Shown piece after piece: positions 23,006-35,185 of a stretch of 41,913 nt of DNA (position 1 is the first letter of the stretch; the number at the start of each line of letters is the position of its first letter). This stretch comes from Octopus bimaculoides (taxonomy: Eukaryota). The DNA lies in contig NC_068988.1 in the NCBI RefSeq assembly GCF_001194135.2, positions 32,274,894-32,316,806 on the forward strand, read 5' to 3'. The position numbers and the translations under genes were made by a program. A model generated the notes under the pieces. It worked only from the letters and a program-made list of their open reading frames with translations, was not told the DNA's origin and ran no database searches.

Positions 23006-23428
23006 AGAGTAATATTGATATGTAGGTTAATGTTCATTTACAGCAATTGAGTATTACTAGTATACATGTTTACTATCGACACAGTCTATTAATCTCGTAG
23101 AAATAAATAAAGAATCCACCCGAAATAATACGTTATGTTCTTGAGTAATGAAACACAGCTCAGAATAATACATGTAGACTTCGAGATAACACTGAAATGA
23201 TGCGACAGTCCAAACATGAATGACGTCATTAGAGCAACGTTGGACCAGGGTCACCACCAATCGTCATTACCACCATTTGCGTCGACAACAACTATAATTT
23301 TATTTCCTTTAGTGTCATTATATGCATTTCATATATAACAATACATTTGTAAATCGACACATGAAATTCGCATTAAATCAAGTCTCTACATTTCGTGCAA
23401 TTTCTGTACATATATATTACCCTTTTAG

Positions 23429-23598
23429 TCTTTTACTTGTTTCAGTCAGTTGGCTGCGGCCATGCTGGAGCACCACCTTTAGTCGAGCAAATCGACCCCA
23501 GGACTTGTTCTTTGGAAGCCTAGTAAACATGTATACTAGTAATACTCAATTGCTGTAAATGAACATTCTATCGGTCTCTTTTGCCGAACCTCTAAGTT
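23429..23598 (-). mobile_element. SINE family B, 3' portion
   Basis: Contains 'ttttacttgtttcagtcagttggctgcggccatgctggagcaccacctttagtcgagcaaatcgaccccagg...tctatcggtctcttttgccgaacc'. Confidence 0.8.
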
Positions 23599-24240
23599 AG
23601 GAGTGTGGTAGAGTTACTGTATTTTTCCATTGAAAACGAACTCAAATGTGCTCTATATCTAGCCTTAAAGTTCTTCGTGCTTCCTATATGGAACCTATCT
23701 AGTTTGTTCTCGTCCCTGACGGTGCGTCTATATATCACGTTTGTACATAAACAGAGCCCACCAAGAGGACATAATAGAGGGTCTCTACAATTACATAATT
23801 TACTTTGGCTACCCCTAAATTTATTTCGAGCGCCAGTAACAGCCCTTGCTAATCTATCTTTATCAATAGTTCCACTCCTCCCATTCCTGGGTTTCGGCAC
23901 AATCAGAGGGAAAGGACAGCACGTCCCACTATCATTGTGTGACTCACAACTTGTTTTATCAGAACCGGGACTTCCATTGCACAATGTTCTAGCTTATTTA
24001 ATTTGCTTCTATTAAGAGAGGCAATAATTCACGCTAGATTACGCATTCCAGAATAGGAAGGCTTAATTGAGGATCTGTTGCAGATGCTATAGTACTTATT
24101 GTCTTTAGGGAAGTTATTCTCCAGGATCCTAAAGAACATCCTGGGTAAATCGATGAACTTTGAAATTTAATTCTAAATGGTGTTAAATCACTTCTGTCCT
24201 TCATTTTCAACCGATAGACTACTTTATGGTACCTCATTTC
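23599..24240 (-). mobile_element. Penelope-like element remnant (Cys-rich linker type): RT thumb/linker plus N-terminal half of GIY-YIG
   Basis: The minus strand reads 'RMFFRILENNFPKDNKYYSICNRSSIKPSYSGMRNL', then 'LCNCRDPLLCPLGGLCLCTNVIYRRTV...RFHIGSTKNFKARYRAHLSSFSMEKYSNSTTL'. This matches the CNC..CPL.G.C...VIY...YIG.T..FK.R...H..SF motif. Confidence 0.9.
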
Positions 24241-24737
24241 TTCATTTTATTTTACTTTTTTCGATATCGACTTATAATTTATTATATTATTATATTATAT
24301 TATATATTTGAAATTTTTATTCCTTGTATTCGTTTTAACTTCTATGAAATGATATTTACTCAATATTTTTCAGTTGTATGTTATCGGTTGAAACAATATA
24401 TTCGTGTATAAAAAATTTATACTATATGCTATATTCCTTTATTTATTATTTCTTCTTGCGTAATTTTCTTGCTTTATTTCTTCTTATTCCTTCTGTTTGA
24501 CGGATTATGTATTTCTTATATATGNNNNNNNNNNCTTTAAATGACGAGAAACTAGATGGAAAACAATAACACGTGTTCTATAAATAGATTTGGTTTTATG
24601 GACAAATAGAAATAAGGTAAAGCGGTATTTAGGCGAAATTTGTGCTTCTCTTAAATTGACGTAAGGGAAATGGAAATCTACGGACGCACACACACATACA
24701 TACACACTAGCACACACACATACATACACACAAGCAC

Positions 24738-24751
24738 ATAGATAGATAGAC

Positions 24752-24794
<43 letters not shown>

Positions 24795-24890
24795 AAGATA
24801 AATAAACAAATAGGTAGATAGATAGAAAGAATGATAGACAGATAAATAGATCGATCGATAGATAGATAAATGGACAAATAGATAGATATC
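24738..24890. repeat. Degenerate (GATA)n microsatellite
   Basis: Directly visible. Confidence 0.9.
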
Positions 24891-26049
24891 TACACACATA
24901 CTCCAACAGTCACACACATCCTGAACACACACTCAGAGATACATACATACACCAATACTTAGATGATGGCATATCTAACTTTTAAAATTAATGTTGAAGC
25001 TTGATCTTGTTATCTCTTATCATATATGACGATAAGCGTATATCACAAACCAGATGAAAATAATAATAATGAAATCATGATTACATTTCCGCCGAAATGT
25101 CATCAAACATATTTTAGCTCTAAACAGTTATCCTGCAAAATTGAATTCATCATGTAGGTAACAATATTATATGCATATATTGGGCACATTTCATGTATTC
25201 TATCTCTGATCGATAAATACATTCTATAGAACACATCAACCACAAGCCGCGGTCTGCTTTTGACTCTTATAACATTACCAGAACATTTTATGCGTCTTTG
25301 AACCAGGGAACAGTATTATACTCGCGAACACGTGAACATTTTACAACAATTTCCAATTCATATGTATATTTTGCGTTAGTCAACTCTAAAAACGTACATC
25401 ATATTTTGTCTACAGAGAAACTTATACCAAAGCTATAGGTTTCCACCTACACTAGCATTATCTTGAAAACCATCCCTGCTTAAAAGAAAATTGGGATACA
25501 AGACCCTTGGTATGGCAGTACGTCCCCAGCCATCGTCACGTGAATATTATTTCAAACTACTTGCTTGTAGATTCAGTTTATTGCATTGCTGATACAGATC
25601 AATACTTCCCTCCATAGAGCTTAGAAAATGACTATTGAAATTACCTTTGAGAAAGCTACTAGTTAAGATGAGATAACATAAAGACAGGTTGAGTAATTTT
25701 AGAAACGCTCAAGCACAATATCATTCGAGATGATTCGGTAGTCTTATGATATCGCATGAAAATCAAAAATATCAGGATGAAGGATAAATCCCCTTGTCTC
25801 TATGACGCCCGTTTTGTGACTCAGACATGAAGATCTCTACTGTATTTATGAACATAAAACGTGATGTTTTCTCCTGTATCATTATTTTAAAGGACCCCAA
25901 ATACAACTGGATATAAGACTGAGTGAAGTGATAATTTTAGGAATAAGTATATCGAATTCTTTTGTTTCATTTACTACGTTTGGCACACTAAGATCTGCAA
26001 CTAGTGAAATAAAAATACTTTACTTTTTAGTAATGGAAAATTCAAGCAC

Positions 26050-26095
<46 letters not shown>

Positions 26096-28652
26096 NNNNN
26101 NNNNNNNNNNNNNNNNNNNNNNNNNNNNNNNNNNNNNNNNNNNNNNNNNNNNNNNNNNNNNNNNNNNNNNNNNNNNNNNNNNNNNNNNNNNNNNNNNNNN
26201 NNNNNNNNNNNNNNNNNNNNNNNNNNNNNNNNNNNNNNNNNNNNNNNNNNNNNNNNNNNNNNNNNNNNNNNNNNNNNNNNNNNNNNNNNNNNNNNNNNNN
26301 NNNNNNNNNNNNNNNNNNNNNNNNNNNNNNNNNNNNNNNNNNNNNNNNNNNNNNNNNNNNNNNNNNNNNNNNNNNNNNNNNNATGAAGTATTAATCCTCA
26401 TGGCGCAAAACAAAGAAATAAAATTATCTGTACTTGAGAGAAGAATACATGTAATGTCTCTGATTTGTGACATCTTGTGAAACCAAGAGTTGAACATAAT
26501 TGATGGAATAATATCAAAGCTTGTTCAATTATAATTGACAAGTAAACACAATTATTACAAGAGTAATATATCATTTGGATGTAATCCTAATTGCTGCTTG
26601 CTTTATACAAGTTTTTCCACAAAATTTCTATTAAGAATTGTCTGTGCTAAGTGTTCTCGTAGCACAAACGCAGTATCAGCTAAACGAAAATGTTTATCCT
26701 ACTGAATTTGCTAACTGGTTATTTTGAATTTAAAATAGAACGTCTTTAACAAAGCATGTGGCATGTTGATGTGCAGAGCTGATATGACATGTGATGTAGT
26801 ATCATTAATAGACAATATATATGTCCGCGGTCTTTTGGGTCCTTTCTTGTGGACGTTCAGGACAGTTCCTTTCGCTTATATCTTATACATAATTCGATTA
26901 ATGGTAAGGCCCATACGTGGATCTGTTTGAAACTCCACCATAAATTATATTTGCACTTTGACTGTATTTTCACATAACTAGTTCCTCTTGTTAATATTTC
27001 TAATGGATTCAATCTAAATATAAATATATACTTGAAACTAAATGTTTTATCACTTGTTAGTGTGTGTATACATTTGGGGGACATTTTGTATATATGTATA
27101 TATGTTTCCTTCTCTGTCTCTGTCTCTGTCTCTCTCTCTCAATCTGTATACATTTGTGTGAGTGTCTGTACAAAATGTAAAATACATTCGTGGATACGTA
27201 ATTTCTCTTTTTCTGTCTTCAAAGCGATTTAAAAATTGTATTTCTTTCAGGCTCCTCATGGGAGCTAAAATGCCAACAAAAACATACGCACACACACACA
27301 CACAAGCACACACACACACACACAACAATAAAAATTGTGAAGACAATCGTTGAATCATTGTTGGCATGTGTGGGTGATTTAGATGTTGCCAAAATTTTAA
27401 AGATTTTATGGTTAATTGTACTCAAGAGACAGCAATCTCGACTATAAAGGCTGTAGTGTATAAAGATACTTGACACAAGTCGCATGTAGTGAAGCAAAAA
27501 TAATTCATATGTACAAAGACACCGGAAAACTGTTCCCTCCGTGCTAAGCTCTATGGAACGTTTGCTCCAGGGCACGTTTTGGCTCTCCTCTGATGAGGAT
27601 CCATTTCAGTGAGACAAGAATTGTAACAGGAGAAATAGTAGCTGGTAATGTGCAGACCTTTCTAATACCCCTAGAGTGATGCAAACTGAGATTCTATCGT
27701 ATGTGATATCACCCAGTGAACTAAAATTTCAGCGACTAATCGACATCACACAATACCTTACTTTCACTGGTATGATGTCCGAAATAAGGTCTATTTAGTT
27801 AAGGTATGTTAGGAATTTCAGTCCCGCAAGGACTGTAAGAGCGGTTACACAGAATAATGTCAGAAGAAAGCTTTGTCGAGATCATGAAACCGATTTCTTT
27901 TTTCTCATCTACGAAAGTCTCTATGTTGTCATGTTTAGCAGTAAAATTGAGAGAAAATTCGAAAGTTGTGCGTTTTCCAGGAACAATGTATATTTCTTAT
28001 CTACTGACCATATCATTACGGATAATTTTACTCTTTTGATTGCACAACACATCTTTCGCAATACTTTATATGCTTATAAACGTTCCGATAAAAAAATGAA
28101 AACATTACACGTAATATTGCTCATGCTTACCAATGATGAACTATTTTCTTTATATCCCCTAGTCCAGTGTAATTCGGGGTAAACCCAGTAAAACATAGTG
28201 GATAATTTACAACAAAAATACATTAAATAGAATTTCATATGTATTGCCTGTTTGCCTGTAGCTTAGTGGGGAGTATGTTTGCGTGATATTTTGTAACGGA
28301 ACATTAGTAGCTAGAATTCAAATATATTAAGCGATAACTTTACGCTGACTTTTTGAAAGACATCTGAGGTGAAGGTAGTAAAACATGTCTTTATCAGAGC
28401 TCATACACATGTACTTACAAATGTGTATGGAAACATTTATAGAAGTTATCGTAACCAGAACGGCATCACAAAATTCATCTTTGCATACTACATCGGACTG
28501 ATAATCGAGTTTCACTTGTGTATTAATGAGATGAGCATACACTGCCGCCTTAAAGATCTAACGAAACAGAGTACATGTTAACAAGCAACACAGCTGGGGT
28601 GCGACTCCTACATTATACATTCACATAGTATAACATATACATACACTCCCAA

Positions 28653-28702
<50 letters not shown>

Positions 28703-30084
28703 AGTATAACTGCTGATTTTAGCTATATTCATTAAAAGTGTTACATAAAAAAGGTATGGCTCTTGTCCCGATGTTCCCATCCTCATTCCAATACTTGCTA
28801 AGGCCAACATTGCCTTACATTTTATTTGGGCTCGATTTAATACATTTCTATCCCAGTGTTATTAGTGGCACCAATTCTTAGAGAATTTAACATCATGCAT
28901 TGTTGTATTTGTAACGTTTACCTGTACATTCTGACTTCACCTGAAACTACAGAGGTGTCACAGTCAATCAACTTTTGTAATTCTCTTCGATACGTTCAGT
29001 AGTGTGAAGTGAGGATTCTAGATATAAGGACATCTGATATTCTATGATAAATAAGAGCGCTTAAAGCACCCTCTTGTGGCGAGAAGTCTTCAGATGCAGA
29101 CGCTTGGTCGATTGTAGCTGATGTATACATTACATATAAAAATAATTGCTTTAGATATTTCTGTTTAGTTTATCTTCCTCTTTGTATTGTCTGATCCCGC
29201 TCTTTCGAAACACAGAAAACGGAGAGAATGAAGGGAGAGGGAAACAGCAAAATATATCCTGTGGCTCTTGTAATATTCTTCTGTTTTTTTATATTGAAAT
29301 ATTTATTCAAACATATTATAAAAGAATATATGTAACACGTCGTGGGGTAAGTATCCTAAGGATAGTCGTTTCGTCCGGGTTATAAAAGCATGAATTCAAC
29401 TAAACTTCGACGTAAACTTTTACTTTACAAATGTCACGATTCCGTTGTATTTTTGTAGTTTAGATTGTACCTAATCTTCATAATATTCCTTTCTAAAGTT
29501 TGTAAGGCCTTTAGAAAAAAGTGTTATGAAGTGATAGTTAATTATCTACATCATGCTATCGTTTATTCACCTATACAAACACACTTTATACATACACACA
29601 TACACTGAAGAAAAAAAACATAAACGCCCAAAAAGGTTCAGATGCACACGTAAGCTGGACTACATATCTGTTTTTAGATTCAAATAGTGTTATAGTCAAT
29701 AGCGATAATATTGCTGTCGATGCTCTTTTTGTCATTGTTCTATCTGTTATTGCAGCAGTTACCGAAAGTTAAACGTTTGCATATGCGGTAATTACATCCG
29801 TGTCGAAGAATAATCGATATGTGATAAGAAACAGGGAAATTCTTATCGCTAAAATAGCGCTGAACATTTGGAGAATAGCTGGCAACGAAATATAATATCA
29901 TTCTCATTATCATGCCTTCATTATTATATGTAACTCCTAAATCACTTTATACTCTTGCAATTGCAAACGATAGCTATCTCATTAAGAGTCACTCGCGTTT
30001 CCATATACGCCCAATTCTCTACACTACCATAAACAACATTATACGTATTTGAGTGAATGTATAGATATTTATACATAAGGGCAC

Positions 30085-30115
30085 GGACACACACACACAC
30101 ACTCACACACACGCA

Positions 30116-30165
<50 letters not shown>
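30085..30165. repeat. (CA)n microsatellite
   Basis: Directly visible. Confidence 0.95.
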
Positions 30166-30167
<2 letters not shown>

Positions 30168-33100
30168 GGTTGTATGTGTGTATGTGCGTGCGTGTTCCTA
30201 AGGGTGTATGGGATTGTGCATTCGTTCACTGATATGGGTGTATATCTGAGAATGTCTGTACATAGTGTATTCATGCGCGTGTGTATACTCATATCTATAA
30301 GTGTAACTCTAGTGGTGCTTGCGTATGTGTGTATGTCGTGAGTAAGTGAAATATATCCTGCAGTTATTTTTGCAGGTGTGATATTTCATCGAATGTTAAT
30401 CATTGTTAAATAGCACTTCGGAATTATCGGAGGAATTCTTTCGTTAATCAACAGAAATGAGTGACTCCTTTCTGCGAAAAAGATATTTGGAAGCCAAGAC
30501 AGATTTATAATAAGCAAGAGAACAATGAAACAAAGAAGAAAAAAAGAAAAAGAAAAGAAAAACACCGCCAAGCAGCAGGCGGAAATTACTTTTGACTAAA
30601 ACAAACGAAGTTGCAAAAAATTGTAATTTTCAAGATCTGATGATTTGAAATTAGTAATATATTGATTTAGACGGGTAGGATGCAAAAATGCACAATAGTT
30701 GGGACTTAAATAGAAGATTATCATTATGAAATTTTAAAAAAATAGTTAATGGTTGAAAAATATAATTGATTGTAATTGCTTTCAAATTGGTTAAATGGGT
30801 ATGCGTAGCATATGACGGAAGTATTTTATTTGTATTGCAACATTGTGGAATAAATATAAGCGCTTATCTTAGTAACCGAAATAAATGGCAGAGTTTCGAT
30901 TCACTGCATTTCATTTTTCTTTGAATTATGTCTTATTTAACTGTTTCCATTGAAACAATATTCAACTTCAGATTACTCCTGGTTCAACTTATGTCACGCT
31001 AAATTGGAAATCTGCTCTGCCTACGCATATACAGGATGCATTGATTTCAAATTGCCACTGTGGGTGGCATGAATTTGATTTCCTTTTACCACATAACTTA
31101 TATATATATTTCATTTCAATATATATGTGAGCAAGATAGGCCACAGTTAGTGTTATTTGTAAGATGTAACCCGGTACAACATGATGTGTGGTGGAATTCT
31201 CAGTAAATAAATCTTACCCGACTGCTTGATATGAAGGTGGATTTTGTTGAAAACCCAACAAGATGGACATTACAATCTGCCATTAGACGGAAGAACCCGT
31301 TATGAGCAACGCTCACGAACAGCTAATTGTGAGAGGCCCTAGTCTTTCTTCAGACATCTCTCTAGGAGAGAGGAAAATTTTGGTATAACTCTGACTTCAT
31401 TTACATATCAATATTGACTCCTGAGCGAATTGAAAGAAATTCCGCATGAATTGTTGCGATATGTGATAAGTGATAAGCCACAAGTGGCTGTCATTCCTCA
31501 AACTTCCGTCGATATAAATGTCAGGGATCACAGGTTTCTAAAACTATATCCGTTTCATTACGGATCCGGAGACTTCCATCAATTCCTTTCCCGATCATTT
31601 TGGTTTTGTTGGGGAGAATCTTAGCATTATTTAGCAACCTCTTATTCATTTGAAATTTCAGCCGGGGAAATGCTGGCAACCATCCACTTTAACATTCACG
31701 CAAGTTTATATTCGGCTAGTAAGTCGACAACCGAAATGAATACATGAATACGTATGTATGTATTTATGTGTGTATCTCTGTATATGTATATATATATATA
31801 TATNNNNNNNNNNNNNNNNNNNNNNNNNNNNNNNNNNNNNNNNNNNNNNNNNNNNNNNNNNNNNNNNNNNNNNNNNNNNNNNNNNNNNNNNNNNNNNNNN
31901 NNNNNNNNNNNNNNNNNNNNNNNNNNNNNNNNNNNNNNNNNNNNNNNNNNNNNNNNNNNNNNNNNNNNNNNNNNNNNNNNNNNNNNNNNNNNNNNNNNNN
32001 NNNNNNNNNNNNNNNNNNNNNNNNNNNNNNNNNNNNNNNNNNNNNNNNNNNNNNNNNNNNNNNNNNNNNNNNNNNNNNNNNNNNNNNNNNNNNNNNNNNN
32101 NNNNNNNNNNNNNNNNNNNNNNNNNNNNNNNNNNNNNNNNNNNNNNNNNNNNNNNNNNNNNNNNNNNNNNNNNNNNNNNNNNNNNNNNNNNNNNNNNNNN
32201 NNNNNNNNNNNNNNNNNNNNNNNNNNNNNNNNNNNNNNNNNNNNNNNNNNNNNNNNNNNNNNNNNNNNNNNNNNNNNNNNNNNNNNNNNNNNNNNNNNNN
32301 NNNNNNNNNNNNNNNNNNNNNNNNNNNNNNNNNNNNNNNNNNNNNNNNNNNNNNNNNNNNNNNNNNNNNNNNNNNNNNNNNNNNNNNNNNNNNNNNNNNN
32401 NNNNNNNNNNNNNNNNNNNNNNNNNNNNNNNNNNNNNNNNNNNNNNNNNNNNNNNNNNNNNNNNNNNNNNNNNNNNNNNNNNNNNNNNNNNNNNNNNNNN
32501 NNNNNNNNNNNNNNNNNNNNNNNNNNNNNNNNNNNNNNNNNNNNNNNNNNNNNNNNNNNNNNNNNNNNNNNNNNNNNNNNNNNAAAAATGAAATATTCAA
32601 ACACTGAGATTTGAAGTTAGATGTCACTACTGTTCATATCATCTGTGGATAAATTCAAAATTTGATGATATCACCAGTAGTAGCATTGGTGGAACGCAGT
32701 TATGATAGCTTTATCGAGCTATGAAATATCGTAATGATGCTTAATGAGCATCTACCTGCTAGAAATAAGAGCCAATAGTAACGATAATAATATGTAAGTT
32801 ATAAATATTTTAATTCATCACTACGCGCGTTTCCACAAGTCACATTTTTCTTAACTCCGTTGTCCTCATTATTAGGATGATTACTGTACGATCCGTAATA
32901 TCCATGGCCATCAGGTGGATCTTACTTCATACGCTCATTTCATCAGGCACCAAGGCATTAAAGTTGGAAGTAACAAATGTATAATTGAAAGATGTTTATC
33001 AATTTTTATCAATCAAATACACATGGAAAATACATAGAGAATTGCCCATAAACCTCAATGAATATTTTCATTTGTGAAAATTATAAACGTCCTTTCGTTA

Positions 33101-33199
33101 TACGTTCGGTACGTCCAACTTTAATGTCATATCGAGTGAAAAAAAAATGAGCGCATGACCAATATATATGTATGTGTGTGTGTGTGTGTGTGTGTATGC

Positions 33200-33260
<61 letters not shown>

Positions 33261-34969
33261 AGAAAGTTGGTATGTGAAAGCACGTGGTTGGATGTATAAA
33301 AGATAATAAGAGTGAACGAACTACAGAAGGCTTGTGTTACATGGTTAAAGTATATATTTAAATTATGTCACAAAAATGTTATAACATTTTTTTTTGGTAT
33401 ATAAACATTGTATTTTGGAGAAATAACCGGTTTCGTGTTGTCCTTTCAGATTTCTCTACTTCATTGTAACATGTGTTCACTCCAGTGTACAAAAAAGAGT
33501 TCTATATAGGGGGAGGTAATTAGGGATTTCTTCCGGTATAAGGGAGGTAATCGAAATGCAGGAGGTGGTAGATTTTGATTAATTTGATTTGTGTTTTTTG
33601 GTTATATTGGTTACTGAGTATGAACGTCGCTGTAGTCTTAATCCGTCACACTTGGTTACCTTCAGTGGCGTTGACTCATTTCTACACATTAACCTCTACC
33701 TGTTCCACACATTCACACTAATGTTTAACATGTTATTAGATTGCATTGTAAAAAATGTCCATATGTATAACGTTAAATCATTAATAGAAAATTTCATATT
33801 AAGATATGTTTATCCATCTAATCAACAGATTAGCGACCGAAAAAAATATGTAACTTTGCTTTAATGCTAGGACACAATCCAAAAGTGTTAACGTTTCTTC
33901 AGATTTTCCAACACCTTTGTATACAGGGACAAAATATTTGCGTAGTGTGAACATATGTAGCATAAACATTACCACCTAACTAACCAATGATGTCGCTTTC
34001 GCTCTTTCTCTCCATCTATCTGTTTATCTATATGAACGTGTATATACATGCGTAAGTGATTGCGAAGCGCATATACGGAAGAGTATGAACTATAATGTAC
34101 TGTGAATATTTCATCAGGTGCCTCAATTCCTATATAGGTCACTGCCAACAACTTTATAAGGATTGTTTACACCTCGCTATTGACAGTCAATATTTCTATA
34201 ATAAAATAAACGTATTAAACAGAGAGTGTTGAGCCCGTGAAATTTGCAAGCACCGTATCAATAAGTACTGATCATGAATTTCGGTATATAATCACATGAA
34301 CTTTGAAAATCCTTTGAGAACGATATGTGTATTATTCTTATCAGACTGGAACGCCTAAGGAACTAAATATGATTAAAGAGTTATGGTGAGAAACCTCGAA
34401 AACCTATAGAAACAATGTATGAAAGCAAAAAAACAAAACAAAACAGAGATAAATTGAAAATAATGGACAAAGAAAATAGAGGATAAAAGAGGATAACGTA
34501 TAAAATTAACTTCGTTCGCAATTTGAAAACGACTTATTACACAGCATGAAATGATTTACGAAAGAATTGTAACATTTATATGTATATGTATTTATAGTGT
34601 GTATATCTACACACACATTTAACTGTAACGTTAATGTTACAATAAAAAAAAAATGCACGTCATTCAGCGAGAGATAAATATCATTTCATAAACAGGATAT
34701 GAATGTGAGGGAGTGTACGTTTCGTGCACTGATAGAGCATTACTCACACAATCTTGGAATGTCCACCGCGTATTATCCTGTAAAACGAATATATCTAATC
34801 AGAAGAAAAAAAAACATGTCTGTTTTCTACGAAAGACCAAGAAAAAATGAGACACACTGGAATAATAATTAAAAATTCGAGAGGAAAAATATAAAATGGA
34901 AAAAAGATTGGGGCGAAAGAAAGAAGATGTGTGTCCTTCTGGCATGTTAGTTCAAGAATTACTAATGGT

Positions 34970-35185
34970 TACCAGATTTCGACCCTTCCAACTATCAATT
35001 CTTTGGACTACTCAAACATCTTGTATGAAGTCATCGATTTGCTACCGACAACGAAGCGCAGGAAGCGATACATAAATATTAGCTTGGCCAGCCGAAATCC
35101 TTCTCCTTAAGTATGCTAGTGGACTACTTCAAGCAGAGCATCGAAAACTTAGGAGTCTAAGTCGAAAAATGGTGTAACTATTCAA
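34970..35185 (+). mobile_element. Mariner transposase C-terminal fragment, highly decayed
   Basis: Reads 'PDFDPSNYQFFGLLKHL..RFATDNEAQEAIHKY*LGQPKSF', corresponding to the PDLAPSDY.LF..LK..L...RF..D.E....V..W motif. Confidence 0.7.

Noticed and set aside
22709-23050. Acidic Asp/Gly-rich 113-aa ORF
   Set aside because: It is a GAT/GGT microsatellite that is open in several frames on both strands, with no complex domain.
27583-27635. ctcct-CTGATGA...gagac...gta-acaggag as a possible HHR
   Set aside because: There is no stem II, it has GAGA instead of GAAA, and stem I needs a 2-nt bulge.
31430-31624. ORF KEIPHELLRYVISDKPQVAV...
   Set aside because: There is no recognisable motif and no convincing splice signals, and the length is within chance expectation.
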